A stretch of 63,339 nucleotides of DNA, filler included, from Reticulomyxa filosa (lineage: Eukaryota > Protista > Foraminifera): assembly GCA_000512085.1 (NCBI GenBank). It is 15 parts of 15 records of this genome, joined end to end, with 100 filler letters (N's around TTAATTAATTAA, not from the genome) between each part and the next. Parts side by side here need not be neighbours in the genome. Positions count along the whole stretch, not along the records: positions 13,312 to 28,389 come from ASPP01006794.1; 14 more parts are not named here. One strand, 5' to 3'. A model generated the notes under the pieces. The model made no database searches and had not been told where the DNA came from. It saw only the letters and a list, made by a program, of their open reading frames with translations. Positions 13,471 to 25,658 of the stretch are shown piece by piece; position 1 is the stretch's first letter, and each line of letters starts with the position of its first letter. Made by a program: the position numbers and the translations under genes.

Positions 13471-15191
13471 ATAAAAGTGCTTGCGATAGTTGCTGCTGTT
13501 ATTGTTAGTGTTGTCACCATAAATAGCGGTAGTGTCCTTCGTAATGACCTTTTCACTAATGTGATCGCCATCCTCATTACTGTCGTCATTGCGAAGCATC
13601 TTCCGTCGAAGATGAGTAGGCACACTGATTAATGCAGTCCCGGACTTGTCTTGGAGACGCGATTGAGAGGAGAGTCCTTCCAATGACGCGATTTGAGACG
13701 AGTTCATTATCAAGGCCGAGGAGGAAGAAGAAGGAGGAAGAAGAGGAGGGCGCGATACATTTTTCGATGTGTCTTTCATCACCGAGTTGGAAAAGTAGTT
13801 ATGGCTCGTGTTGCCACTTCCGTACGACACATGCACAGGATTGCTTACCGACGTCGGCAATCCGCCCAACCCAGACGCACCTAGCGACATTGTCAACGCC
13901 CCACCACTGCCGCTCGTCGTAGTATTGTTGAGGCTTCCGCGATTGTGCTCGCCAATCAAGTCCTGATGTTGCATATCCACGCCAGAAAAGTTTGGAAATA
14001 TCATTGGATGCAATGCTGATGTTTGGCCTGTCACGTTTGTCAGAGTAGCAGATATTATTGTGTGTATTTCATTTATACACATATAAATATATAAATATTC
14101 ATATATGTATATATGTATATATGTATATATGTATATATGCATATATAAACAAAACAATTGAAAATACCAGAAAATCCCGTGGAAGTAATGGGATTCATGT
14201 TGATCTGCGTTGCATAAGGGGAAGAGGTATATGGAGAAGCAGTAGTTGCATATGCATACGGGTTGTTCGGATAAGTCGCATTAGGCGTTGTGCTCCCAAT
14301 GTATTGTTGCATCCTTGCCGTGTCTGCATTGGGTGAGTAAAATGCCGACTGATGGATGGTCATCAACGACGGTGGTGACTGTCCTAAACCAACGTTGACA
14401 AGCCCACTAATACCATTATTGCTATTTCCACCATTGCCATTGCCATTGCCATTGCCATTGCCATTGCCATTGCCGCCGACGAGGATTCCGCCACTGCTAC
14501 TGTTCACATTGGTACTCAGGGTGTTGCTCGTGGTCGGATTTGTATACGTTCCGTACGAATAGGAACTATAATACGAGTTGGGTATGTTCTTTTGAAAAAT
14601 GGTGCTCCCACTAGCATTGTGGAAGAGGTTTGTCGTCGGGGTAGTGATCGTCATGGTTGTGTCGGGTTGATTGGTGAGGATTGCCCCCGGCGTATTGGTG
14701 GAAAGGATCGGAACGATTGGCGTGGTTTGGGTGCTACCAAAAAATGGAAATGTCATGCTGCTACGATTTTGCGATTGAAGATGGCCTTGCGTTTGTTGTT
14801 GCATCAACGACTGAATCTCTGCCGTGGTCCCATGATTCACAAGCAAATTTTCTGGATGAAGCGTGATCGACGGCGACGACGATATATTCGTCATCGGAGT
14901 TATCTCACTTATGTTCGTGTGGTGGTTGCCATAGCCATTCAATTGATGCGGAACACGCTCTTCGTCTGTTGCATAGTTGTCATTGTCCACTCCGTGGTTT
15001 TGGTTCATCACGCCTATCATCGAATGGCTCACTGTGTTCCGAGAGCGAAAAGGCGGCAATGCACTCATCGCCGATGCTGATGTGTTCAACACCGTCTTCG
15101 TCTGAGAAGATTTGCCTGCTTTTGAGGCTGTACTCGCATGCACTGTAGAAGGATGATGTAAGCCTGTTTGAAAACCTTGGTTTGGTATCAT
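13312..15191 (-). CDS. Low-complexity Q/N/S/T-rich protein (3' partial, poly-Q at contig end)
   Basis: ATG at 15191 (MIPNQGF...). Intron 14167 to ~14029 (CTG|GTA...ACAG|GC) joins ORFs 14073-15257 and 13264-14157 in frame. Contains GN repeats and a poly-Q tract. Confidence 0.7.
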
Positions 15192-15618
15192 TTCTCTTTT
15201 ATTCACAGCCAGATAAAAATACCAATTTGATATATTTTTTTTAAAAAAAAAACACAACGGTAAGAAATCTTTTATGTTTCGTGGACCTTTAGTTGCAATC
15301 CAAGAGAAAACTTTTGTTTATTCACCAAACGAAACCCGATTGGTGTTAAACACCAAAGAGATAACACCAAGTGATTGAGAAAGTACATACTGAACTTCAA
15401 AACAATGCAAAATGTGATGAAATTAGCCAATTTTTTAAAAATCCTTTCTTCTTGTCTTCGAATCAAAATGATACAACTTCCCAAAAAAGTATTTTCTGCA
15501 AGAAGTCGATAAACGGTCTAATTTTTTCGCAATTTTTTTTTTGCGCTTTGACGATAAAAAAAAGGGGAATGATGGATGTCATGCGTACTAAAAAAATTGT
15601 GTGTACATATATATTTGT

Positions 15619-16612
15619 TTATGGTTCCAACATTCGCATATTCCAAGCATCGTTTTGATCTTTTCTGTAATATTGATATCTGCGATGAATTCCCCTTTGG
15701 TGTCCTTTCCAAAACTCCATTTTAAGTGGAGTGATCCAGAAGGCCCCCCAGTGGGAGGGTCTTTCAATGAATTCTAACTTTTCGCAGAGTTTTTCAGTCA
15801 CCCTTATTTGTTCCTCAAACGCGTGAATATCTTTAATTTCGCGGCGCTGTGTAGTAGTGAGAGCCCACAATTGGTAGTCTCGATTTCTCTGTCTCCATGC
15901 ATCATCATTTTCATCATTAGTGGCAGGCGACACAACACCTATTTTAATTTTGTGTGGTGCATGATATAATATTGCAAACTCTGTCCTATTGATATAGACC
16001 GTAAGTAGTACATCACATTTATTGATGCATTCTAATTACAAAAGCAAACATCCTCAAATGCAAATGTCCATTTTTTTTTTTTTTGGAATGCATTCGCGCA
16101 TGCATGATGGTAGTAAAACATACTTAACCGTCGATCCTTATTGCTTTTTGCACCATGTTCCAGTTGAACACCAGTGACACGTTAGGGTTGTGCATAATAT
16201 CCTCATATTTTTGACTCTTCAGAATTGTACAGAATTGCAATTGTCCACTGTTGTTGATGTTGCTACATGATATCATTCGCGCACTTGGGTTTTGAGTTGT
16301 CTTATCTATCGTAGCTAAACACGCCACGTGTGCAATTCTTGGACCATTCGGTAGCGACTGTACTTCAATCAACCATGAGCGCAGCACGTCGATTGGATCG
16401 ACATCTACTCGTGGCATTAGTATATGAGACTCTCTTTTCGCTGTTGTACTCTCATTAGTTATTCCTTTCTTTTGAATCTTTGCTTGAGTATACATACACA
16501 CTCGTTGCAGACCACTATTTCTCGTTCCTGTTCGGCATGTTGTACCAATACTAAAAAACCTTGGTCTAACAACCCGCAAGAAATTTCTTGGTTTAAATAA
16601 AGTACGCCTCAT
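15619..16612 (-). CDS. pdxH: Pyridoxine/pyridoxamine 5'-phosphate oxidase family; 2 exons (16129-16612, 15619-15938); Arg-rich N-terminal transit-like leader
   Basis: Motifs DPIDVLRSW, CLAT...PSARM, SQKYEDIMHNPNVSLVFNW...IRIDG, RPSHWGAF, MEFW and terminal LEP. The phase-1 GT-AG intron joins the exons in frame. Confidence 0.88.
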
Positions 16613-17587
16613 TATTGGTTGTACAAGATAATCAAGTTTGTTCCAATAAAAGGCTAAATCAAATTGTTTTTTATCTCAAGCAAAATTTATGTCTATTGAA
16701 ATTCGAGTCTCTTTAAAAAGTTTGTAATGACTCACTTTTGTCTAGTTCAATTCAACCTTGAGGCACATTGACTTTTTTCAAACGAGCTAATTGGTTATAG
16801 GAATTTTTTTTCACGTATTAGAAGTAATATGGCAAAAACCGAAATAATTAGGTGAAATAATCATTGTCTTGTTATGATATATGTATAAGCTAAAATATCA
16901 GTTAGTAAATAATACATCGTTAAAAATTAAATAAAATCCTGGGTGTAAAAATATAGGCAACAAATGATATATAAAAGTGTATTACACGATCTAGGCCAAG
17001 ATTACTTAGGATAAGTCAACGATAACAGAATTTACTTGTGTCGCAAAGAAATAGAAAATTCGAACGTGAAAAGCAAAGTATTAGGCATAACGAACAATCT
17101 AAAAAACCACATATTTGTTGAAAGAAAGTCTTCAAGTAATTGTTTTTCTTTTGGGCCAGATTGCAAGATCAATGGTGATACAAACAGACAAATTAGACTA
17201 TCTAGTGAATTAAGAATAACAATTGTCAAAATATTTGAGAAATTATCACATATTGTGCAGTCTTTCAAAATTACAAAAGATAATAAAATAATTGATTTTG
17301 AATAAATCAAAAAAGCAAGAAATAAATAAAAATTAGTATATGTAAGCATTTTATGTTATATCTATTATCCATATTACAAGAAAAAAGAAGTTGTTGTAAA
17401 ATGAATTGATCTATTGGAAGATATTGAAGATATTAAGTCATAATTAAATGTGCAGTAAATGACATTAAATCGATTTTTCGTTCAACAAAATTATTTACTG
17501 TAATCCATATTTAGTACAATACAATTGAACAAGCAGAAAAACAGAAACAACAATAACTGTTGCGAATTTGTTTTATGAACTCTAACA

Positions 17588-17718
17588 TTATTAATTGTAG
17601 TGTTAAATATGTTAAATATTTTTTCTGATTTTTGTTAATTGCACACTTTATTTTGCTTCATATTTAACACTACAATTAATAAAGTGTGCAATTAACAAAA
17701 AATCAGAAAAAATTTAAC
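17588..17718. repeat. Two interleaved inverted repeats (A-B-A'-B')
   Basis: 17588-17611 is the exact reverse complement of 17659-17682. ~17612-17652 is the near-exact reverse complement of ~17678-17718. Confidence 0.85.
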
Positions 17719-18554
17719 AAATTGTGATATCAATGAATACGTAAACGCGAATGCAAAAGACAAAGAAAAAAATGAAACCAAAAATGAAAATTCTCATGAA
17801 GAAAAAGACAAAAAGAATCTAATTACAAGCAAAAATTTCAGAAATAAAAAATTATAGACTATCATTGACCACCAAGTTATCGACAAAGTTTTTAAAATTT
17901 GAATCAGCTTATCTTCAAATATCGTACACAAATATTTAATAATATCATTTCTTCGCTTACTTCAATGTCTGCTACTCAAATGGCAGACTTTTTAGATTAT
18001 TCTTATATTTCTTCGTTGGTTTTGGTTTTGTTTTTACTGTTCCTTTTCCAAGAAGGAAATATATCATTTTCACTGTTCATTCTACTTTGATTTTTAGTTG
18101 CTCTTGTATGCTTTCTTTCAATTGCAGTGAAAGCTATAATACATGAAAATAAAGTGGAAGTTAAAACGACTTAAAAATTGCTTCATACAACTCACTATGG
18201 GACCATAACAATTTTTTGTTTATTAGTGATTTAGTCACCTGAGCACTGCGTTTAGCATTTGAAAAAGAAATAAATTTTGTTTTGCACAAAGTAATGGTGA
18301 CAACATTCATAAATAAAAGTGCGATAGTTTACCGCGGTAACATCTTAAACATTTAGCAATAACATCGAACACCTTTCCAATTTGCTTATTTTTGCATTTG
18401 TTGTATTACCTTATATTATTTTATTCTTTAGAAGTTGGGTCCATTGTTAAAGTTTTTTCTGAATATTGATTTGTCAATTGTTTCTTGTCTTTATACGTTT
18501 AAACAAAATTGATTAAAGACTCTTTCCTTAAAGTAGGTGATACTTCACATTAGA

Positions 18555-20636
18555 TTAATCTAATGACTCTAGCACAATTTGCTTTTCGCTTAACAGTAGC
18601 GAGGTTTTGTCTAGTGCTGCTGTTAGTTCATTACTGTAAATATCAGCAACAAACAAAAGTTTTTGTGAACGAGGAAAGCCTGGTGACAATAAAAAAGCTA
18701 ACTGTAAGATCTTCGGTAATGAAACGTGAATATCTACACTTTGGTATGTGATGAATTCACGTTTCAAAAATTGTTCGATATCTTCAAGAAATTCGTTATG
18801 CTGAATCATTTGTATCAATCGATATGTTAACGAAACAAAGAGCCTTGGATCAATATATTCTCTTAATGCCACACATTTGTTATGAACAACAAATTCATTA
18901 ATGCAATGAATTAAATCATTTGTATTTTCTAATTCAATCAAAGTTAAAAATTGTTCGTTCCAGTCTGTACCTTTAGTTTCATCGCTTACCACAGATATAT
19001 TGCATTCATTTGGAAAGGCCTCAATTGATTCCTCACGGCTTTTTTCGTAGTTTACAGTAGCTCCTTTGATTTGCCTTTCAATGCTATGAATTCGACTTTT
19101 CATTTCCGAAATTTCACTCCGGACATAGTGTTCAAGTTCTTTCTGTCATGTTTTTTTTATGATTAATTTTATTGAGTATATTACGCAACAACGAATAGTA
19201 ATACTCAAAACAACTAAACAATGGATTTGAGCATAAGTTGTTGTTGTTGCAGCCACTGTTTATAAAATGCCGTGTTTTGGTTGTTGTTTTTACTATTTGT
19301 GGCATTTGTTCCGGCGTTGTCGTCCAAACTTTTTGATTGGAAAATTCCGCAGTTACTATTGTTTGTACTGTCGTTGACTACTGGCTCTGTTTTTTGACTG
19401 TCATCTATGCTCTTTTCTTCGCTTTGATCAAACCAGGGTTTGTTCAGCATTTCATCACTGATTGTGTCTTGAGACACTTGGGTGAGATTAACTGACTCAA
19501 TGTTTTCGGTTGGCAAGATGGCTGGATTCTGGTTTTTTACGTTGATATTTTCAACTGTGTTTGTCCATGCAGCAAGTGCAACAGCTGCATCAGTTCGTAC
19601 TTTGGGTATTTTGTCAAACTTCAGTCTTTCCAAATGTGCGACAATATCTTTGAGAAATTGATCGCTTATCTCTTGCTTGTTTTGCGCATTTGGAAAAATC
19701 AAAGCCAAACAATGTAAACATTGAATGGCCTGCTTTCGTATCATCCACTCTTTGGAATTCAAAGAATCCAAAATGACCACAATAAAAGAGCTCAGGTGGT
19801 CTTTTACTTGTTCAACTCCGAATTGTATTAGTTTTTCGATACATACAAGCAATTCAATGTGTCCATTCTTATCACGCACCGTTGTAATGTATTTGAGCAA
19901 TAATTGCGATAATTTTTCTGCTTGTAAACAAATATTTATATTTGCATTGATAATAACAAATGAAATGACTTCGAAAATTCCACTGAAACAAAATGGGTTG
20001 CATGCGTTTTTTTCGAGCGAAATGATTGGAGCTTTCAATATTTTGTTTAGCATTTCAACAGCTTTATCTTTTCCAACATATTCCAATGCATACTTTGTAA
20101 TCTCTCCTGCTGCATTTCCACATGCATTTCTCACGGATTTGTCACTGTCTTGGGCTCTCTGGCAGAGATTCTTGCACATTTTAAATACGTTATCGACAAA
20201 CTCAGGACAATTATATTTTTTCATAGCAATGAATGCAAATAAATGAGCATATTCTTTGCGACACATTTGCTTTTGGTCCCCATTTACTGGATACATGCAC
20301 TCGAGAAGCAAAGGCAACAACTTATGGTCAATGTTTACAACAATATTTTGCAAGGTTTTCACTCCGTTTGACCTTGCATCGTTGTCATTTAATTGGTTCA
20401 AAGCATTGCAAATACAAATTTGTAATTCGTGCCTCGCCGCACTGCTTGTCAGATTTCCATGTTTAAGACGAATAGAAGTTATAGAGTTAGTTAAAATGCC
20501 GGAAGAGGACGAAAGTTTGCGAGTAGTATCTGCAAATATGAAATACAATAAATAAAGTATTCAAAATATTAAAAAACAAATACATAATATTTACACAACA
20601 TTTCGGAAGCCGTCGATTATTTCCATTATCGGTCAT
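18555..20636 (-). CDS. TORTIFOLIA1/SPIRAL2-like HEAT/TOG-repeat microtubule-associated protein
   Basis: N-terminal HELQICICNALNQLNDNDARSNGVKTL...RKEY, HEAT motifs DSDKSVRNAC, SKEWMIRKQA and LKFDKIPKVR, a coiled coil QQQLMLKSI...MKSRIHSIERQI, then a C-terminal helical domain. Same domain order as plant TOR1. The 3' end is uncertain. Confidence 0.7.
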
Positions 20637-21447
20637 GTTTGTTGTGCTGCGCATTCTTTTTCAAACTTAATCAGAACAAAGTCTATTTAAAAAACACTTT
20701 TATATTTATATTAGCACTCTTTCAACTATGACGCCACATTTTTTGGACATCAATAGCATTAGAGAGTAAACTGATATTTATATTTATTGTAAAATAAAAA
20801 CGAAAATAGCTGGCAAAGTCAGACAAAGAAAACTTTTTTTTACAGTTCATTGATTTACTTTTGTCGAACATTTCCTCATCCATAACTCAAATCTAAACAA
20901 TGTTAAATGTTTCTGGTGTTGTGCATTTTGAAGGATAACTGCAACAAAAATTTCAATACGATTATGCTCATTTTTAATACATCTAAATTTTGTACTAAGT
21001 TGTTCAACATATGCAAAACTATATTCCTCGAATGTTGATGGAAATTCTTGTCTGTTAATCTTAATTATTTTCTATTTCATATTTGATTATATACTTTTGA
21101 TCAATATTTTTTCTTAACACAACAAAAATTAAATTTTTCAAATTCGTCATTGAAAAAGTTATTAACATTTTTTTCAAACATAAATTTTGTTCGCAAAACT
21201 GCAAATTTCTCAATTGCAAAAGTGTACACTTATTATAAAAAGTGTGATGCAAGTGATGAAATACAGACATATAATTACTTTTCAAAATTGAGTTTATTAT
21301 TTGAAAATATAATCAATTGTTGCCCAAGCCAAGGGCATTTCAGTGATATCTTTTTTTTAATTTTAATGTACAAGTCATAGAAAAATATTAATAATATATA
21401 CCATTTTCATTTTACATGATTGACACTTCTTTTTTCTTTTTGAAATT

Positions 21448-21687
21448 TTACAAAATATTTTTATTCTTTACAATTTCGTTCTTTAAAAAAAATTGGTTTC
21501 TAGTTTTGTGATAATATCCTTTGCATGACGAAATAATAACACATAAATACTTTGTAACAAATTGATAAATTTGTATCATAACAAATAAAAAAACAGCTCC
21601 AAAACCTTCGAGGAATAGATGCCTAAAGTCATCCTGATTGTCCACTGAAGATAATGGGGAGTTCAACAAGTTGTTTACCCATTCCAT
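21448..21687 (-). CDS. Small (79 aa) single-TM hypothetical protein; a paralogous, interrupted copy lies at 37845-38620
   Basis: Intact ATG ORF with a hydrophobic core. Nucleotide similarity to 37845-37999 and 38530-38616. Confidence 0.4.
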   Translation of the reverse strand: MEWVNNLLNSPLSSVDNQDDFRHLFLEGFGAVFLFVMIQIYQFVTKYLCVIISSCKGYYHKTRNQFFLKNEIVKNKNIL

Positions 21688-21865
21688 TTTTGGAGACAGA
21701 AAAAATATTTTTTTGAAGGAATTAACACAAAAAAAAAAAGAATGTTAAAGCCTTGTGAATTTTTTAATAAGTTATTTTGTAACAAATACTAAATGAAAAA
21801 TAGGACAAAACAAAGAAGCAAAGTTGCGAAAAGAGACAGTTGCGCCAAAATTTAAAAAATGCATA

Positions 21866-22521
21866 TTATAAGTCTTCTCGTTTTATATTATCATAATGCC
21901 TGACAGAGTACAAATTAAAGTGTTGAATGTTAACCAAAGTGTAATAAGGAGCATATGCAACAGAAAGTATAATAGAGTCGGCAGTATCAGCTGTAGCTTT
22001 CCATTGCACATTAACCTCTTTTGCTATATCCCCAACTAATAACTGCTTACCGTCGCAACTTGCGTCTTCATTCGTTATTATCCCTTTTTTTATTTGGTTT
22101 TAATAGATATAACACAAAGACAATCTAACCGAAAATAGATTTAAAGTTCTCGGCGCATACCATGTGAAAAATGGATTACCCATTGCTCACGACTAGGTGA
22201 TTTGAAGGTCAATTTATATTCTTCATCAGTTTTGAATCCTTGAAAATTTTGCAATGGTTGACCATTTATTTCTAAACTAACCCGATTTCCCTATATTTAA
22301 TGTTTTTCATGCTTTGATTTTTATTCATTCATTTTTATTTTTTTTATATGCAAAATGTTTATATTTCTTACTTTTTTGGATGGCCCACCCATAAAGCTTT
22401 CACCCAAACGGGGTGGAAGGCAGCCGTGATAGTTGGAATAATACTCTGCCGTTCCGTCCACCAAAGGAGCTACGAAAAATAAGCTTAAGCAAAGCAGCAA
22501 AATACCAAAATAGGATGCCAT
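21866..22521 (-). CDS. ~165 aa secretory protein with a reeler-like segment and C-terminal REDL (KDEL-like ER retention signal); 3 exons
   Basis: Signal peptide MASYFGILLLCLSLFFVAPLVDG. Manually spliced GT-AG exons are phase-compatible and end ...VQWKATADTADSIILSVAY...IKREDL-TAA. Confidence 0.7.
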
Positions 22522-25500
22522 TGAAATGCTTGAAAACGAATCAAAATATTGATAGATTAAAAAATTTTAACCAACGCCCTTTTTGTAATATATTAAAACA
22601 AAAAACGAACGTGTTAAAAAAACCACAAATGATTTTTGAAGAATAAATTATCATCAGTTCTAGATACAAAAAATGTAAATATTAAATTTGTAAAAAGGAC
22701 AGATAACCGAAAATATTCTCAAAAAAAGGGCGGTTCCATTTTTTAAACTTTTTTTATCTTTCATCTTTTTTCTATATTAGTTATTTGAACAAATGGTACT
22801 GTCTGTTTGTGTTCCTCTTTGTTAATATCTTTTTTTGTTTGCTTGAGTCACTAAGTTTTCAAGTAACAGTCAAAGTTTTCTTTTTGGATTGAAACACAAA
22901 AAAACGATTATATGTAAATCGAAAAATTTCTTTTGAAAGAAAAAATTCTTGATGTTAGTTTGGAAGTTGACAATTATAGTTTTGTTTTTGTGTGGCAAGC
23001 GTTTGAAAACTCTACAAAAATAATTTTATAATATATAATGTAGTCAAGTCACTGTACATAATTACTTCTCAAAATCTTGATTACGTTCATACCCAATAAC
23101 ATTTCAACAGTAATAATTTTTTAATAAAAGTATGCGTTATTCTTATTTTTCAAATAGAGCGAAAAAACGCAACTTCTTTAATAAATAATTCGTGTAAAGA
23201 GTACTTGAAAAAATCTTTTGAACAAGCCAAAAAAAAATGAAAAATAGACAACATTTGTTTTTCACACAACAAGCAAAACAATTTGATTATCTCTTGTTTC
23301 TCTTTTATTAGCTATTGGAACTTATTATGAAGATATCAGATTCTTTATCTAATCACTACGTTCAATGGCAAACATTTAAAACCTTCAGCTTGAATGTCGA
23401 ATTTAGATTATATTTCAAACTGAAATATTTGAAAAACAGGTTAAAAAAATTAAAAATGATCCGCAATTTTAAAAAATGAACTGTCATCGCAAAAACGAAT
23501 TCTATTATGACTCTTGTAAGTTTTATAAAAATAGTTTATATGCAATTTGACCAGGTGTCTGATTATTAACTAAAAATCTTATTTTTTTATTTTTAAAATC
23601 AAAAACACACAAAAAGGTAACATTTTTCAATCGCACAGCAAAGCAAAAATTATATAAGCATACCATTTTCCAACGCAATGAAAAGTGTTGACAAAAAAAT
23701 TGTAATTTCGCAAAGATCTTTTCTGCAATTTCTCTTGCTTGTAGTATAACCTATGTGAAATATAATCATAATTTACTCCATCGTTCTTTTTTCAATCGAC
23801 TCACCAAATTGCAATAATTTTTATCTCAAATCATAGGGCTCATTTTATTTACTTCTTCAGTTGCAGGAATACTTAAAGTATTAACTGAATGTTGTTCCAT
23901 CTACATGTGATTCTTTTTTCCTTCCGGGAACAGTGGGTGCAATTGTAGGGAAACATGTTCGATGATACAGCCTTAGAGTTGTAACACAAATAAAAAAGTC
24001 AAAAAAAAGAATAATGTTTTTAAAAAATAAAAGGACTGTGGAGTCAATTATAACTTGTTTCACGTAGTATGTTATACACATGATTTTGCTTGTTACACAG
24101 AAATCAATAAATTTATACCCAAAGCCAGTAACGTTTTCACTTTCTTCGATCTCAAAAAAATTATACAATACTTTATAATGCAAAAGTCATAATGTAAAGG
24201 CGATTAACTGCATTGTCAGCAAACTCTTTCTGAAAATGTCGATAATGTCTATTAAATCTCTTTTTCAATATCAGATTCAAGTGATCAATATGATCTAATT
24301 CTTTTAAATAGGATCATACGAATTGTATTTCTTGGATGTAGTGATACATGAGTCATAACTGACTCCAGAGTTGTAATAACTCAACTTATAAAACATTCAT
24401 CTTTTTATTCTCAATTTTCTTGTACGTTTTAGTTTAGCTGAGCTCTCTTTCTTGCATCTCTACATGGATTTTCATTTTTTCTCTTAATATACTTACAATT
24501 TTCGTAATTATTGAATCGTAATATCGCTCTAGTCACTTCGACATTTTTGTACGTCAAAAAATTCCTTAATATTTATAGACGCATTGACTAAGTGAATCTC
24601 ACTAACAGATATTTTGGTTAAATGCTAGCACAAAGTGTAGCAAAGCAACTCCTTTCAATTTTTTTCGCTAATCTAAATATCTTGTTTTCTACTTTTAAAG
24701 CTGTCGTTATTTTTAAAAAATTATCAACAAAATGGCCCAAATGCCAAAACAAGTTTAGACAATGTAATTTCAGTGCTACATTCAATGCGTGAATGTAAAG
24801 GGATAGCTCGCATTAACATGGCAAAACAAAATATAAATAATTTTAATCTATTGAAAAAAATAATGTTTTTTGTTGAAAAGTAAATAAATAAGTTGTGACG
24901 ATGTAGAAAAGTTTCTTAAAAAGGGCCTGTCCCAGATTTTTTTTTTTTTCTCTGGCATCAATTCTCTGGTTTCTTGTTTTTAAAGCTTTAAAAAATAACT
25001 TTTTAATTCCCAAATTGTCGAAGAAGCTACCTTGCACAAAAGTAGTTGAAACTTGTGATAACGCTGATCATTGAAAAAGTCGTTTAACTTGTTTTACACT
25101 ACAATATGTCATTTGAACAGCTTTAAAAAATTAATATTTTTTCACAAAGGACAACTTGCCAATTCGTTTTGATTGTTTTGTTGGTTACATTTTATAAAAA
25201 AAGGCAAAAAAAAGGGTGAGAAACGCGTTTTTATTAAAATATGGCTTTTTAATAATAAAAAAATGGATGTTTTTGAATGGGTATTTGTTGCGTCCTTGTC
25301 CGTGAATATTGTAATTTTTTTTGTCAGCAATTCTGCTTTAGGCTTAATATTTTAAAAAGGAAAACAATAGTTTAATAATGCGAATTGTCGCAATGTAACG
25401 ATCGAATTATTGTAATAAAACTTTTTTGAAGAACGTTTTCAACTGAAAACGTTCCCTCAAATCAAGCCTGATAGTCCTTACATTGACTCATCATCTTCAA

Positions 25501-25658
25501 AAAGAACCCCAATGCAAATAACATATTTTTTGTTGCTAGCAGTAAATGTAACTGATTTTCTATTAAGTTTAATTTTATTGTCTTTTATGTTAACATGACA
25601 AAGAAATGAAGGGCTAAAAAAAAATGAAGATGAAAAGTTCAAACAAGCAATGCTGATG

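Noticed and set aside
13260-13632. Poly-Leu and poly-Asn ORFs
   Set aside because: They are alternative frames of the poly-Gln repeat.
22650-25600. 3-kb AT-rich stretch as a hidden gene or element
   Set aside because: No recognisable motif, repeat or consistent exon chain by eye.
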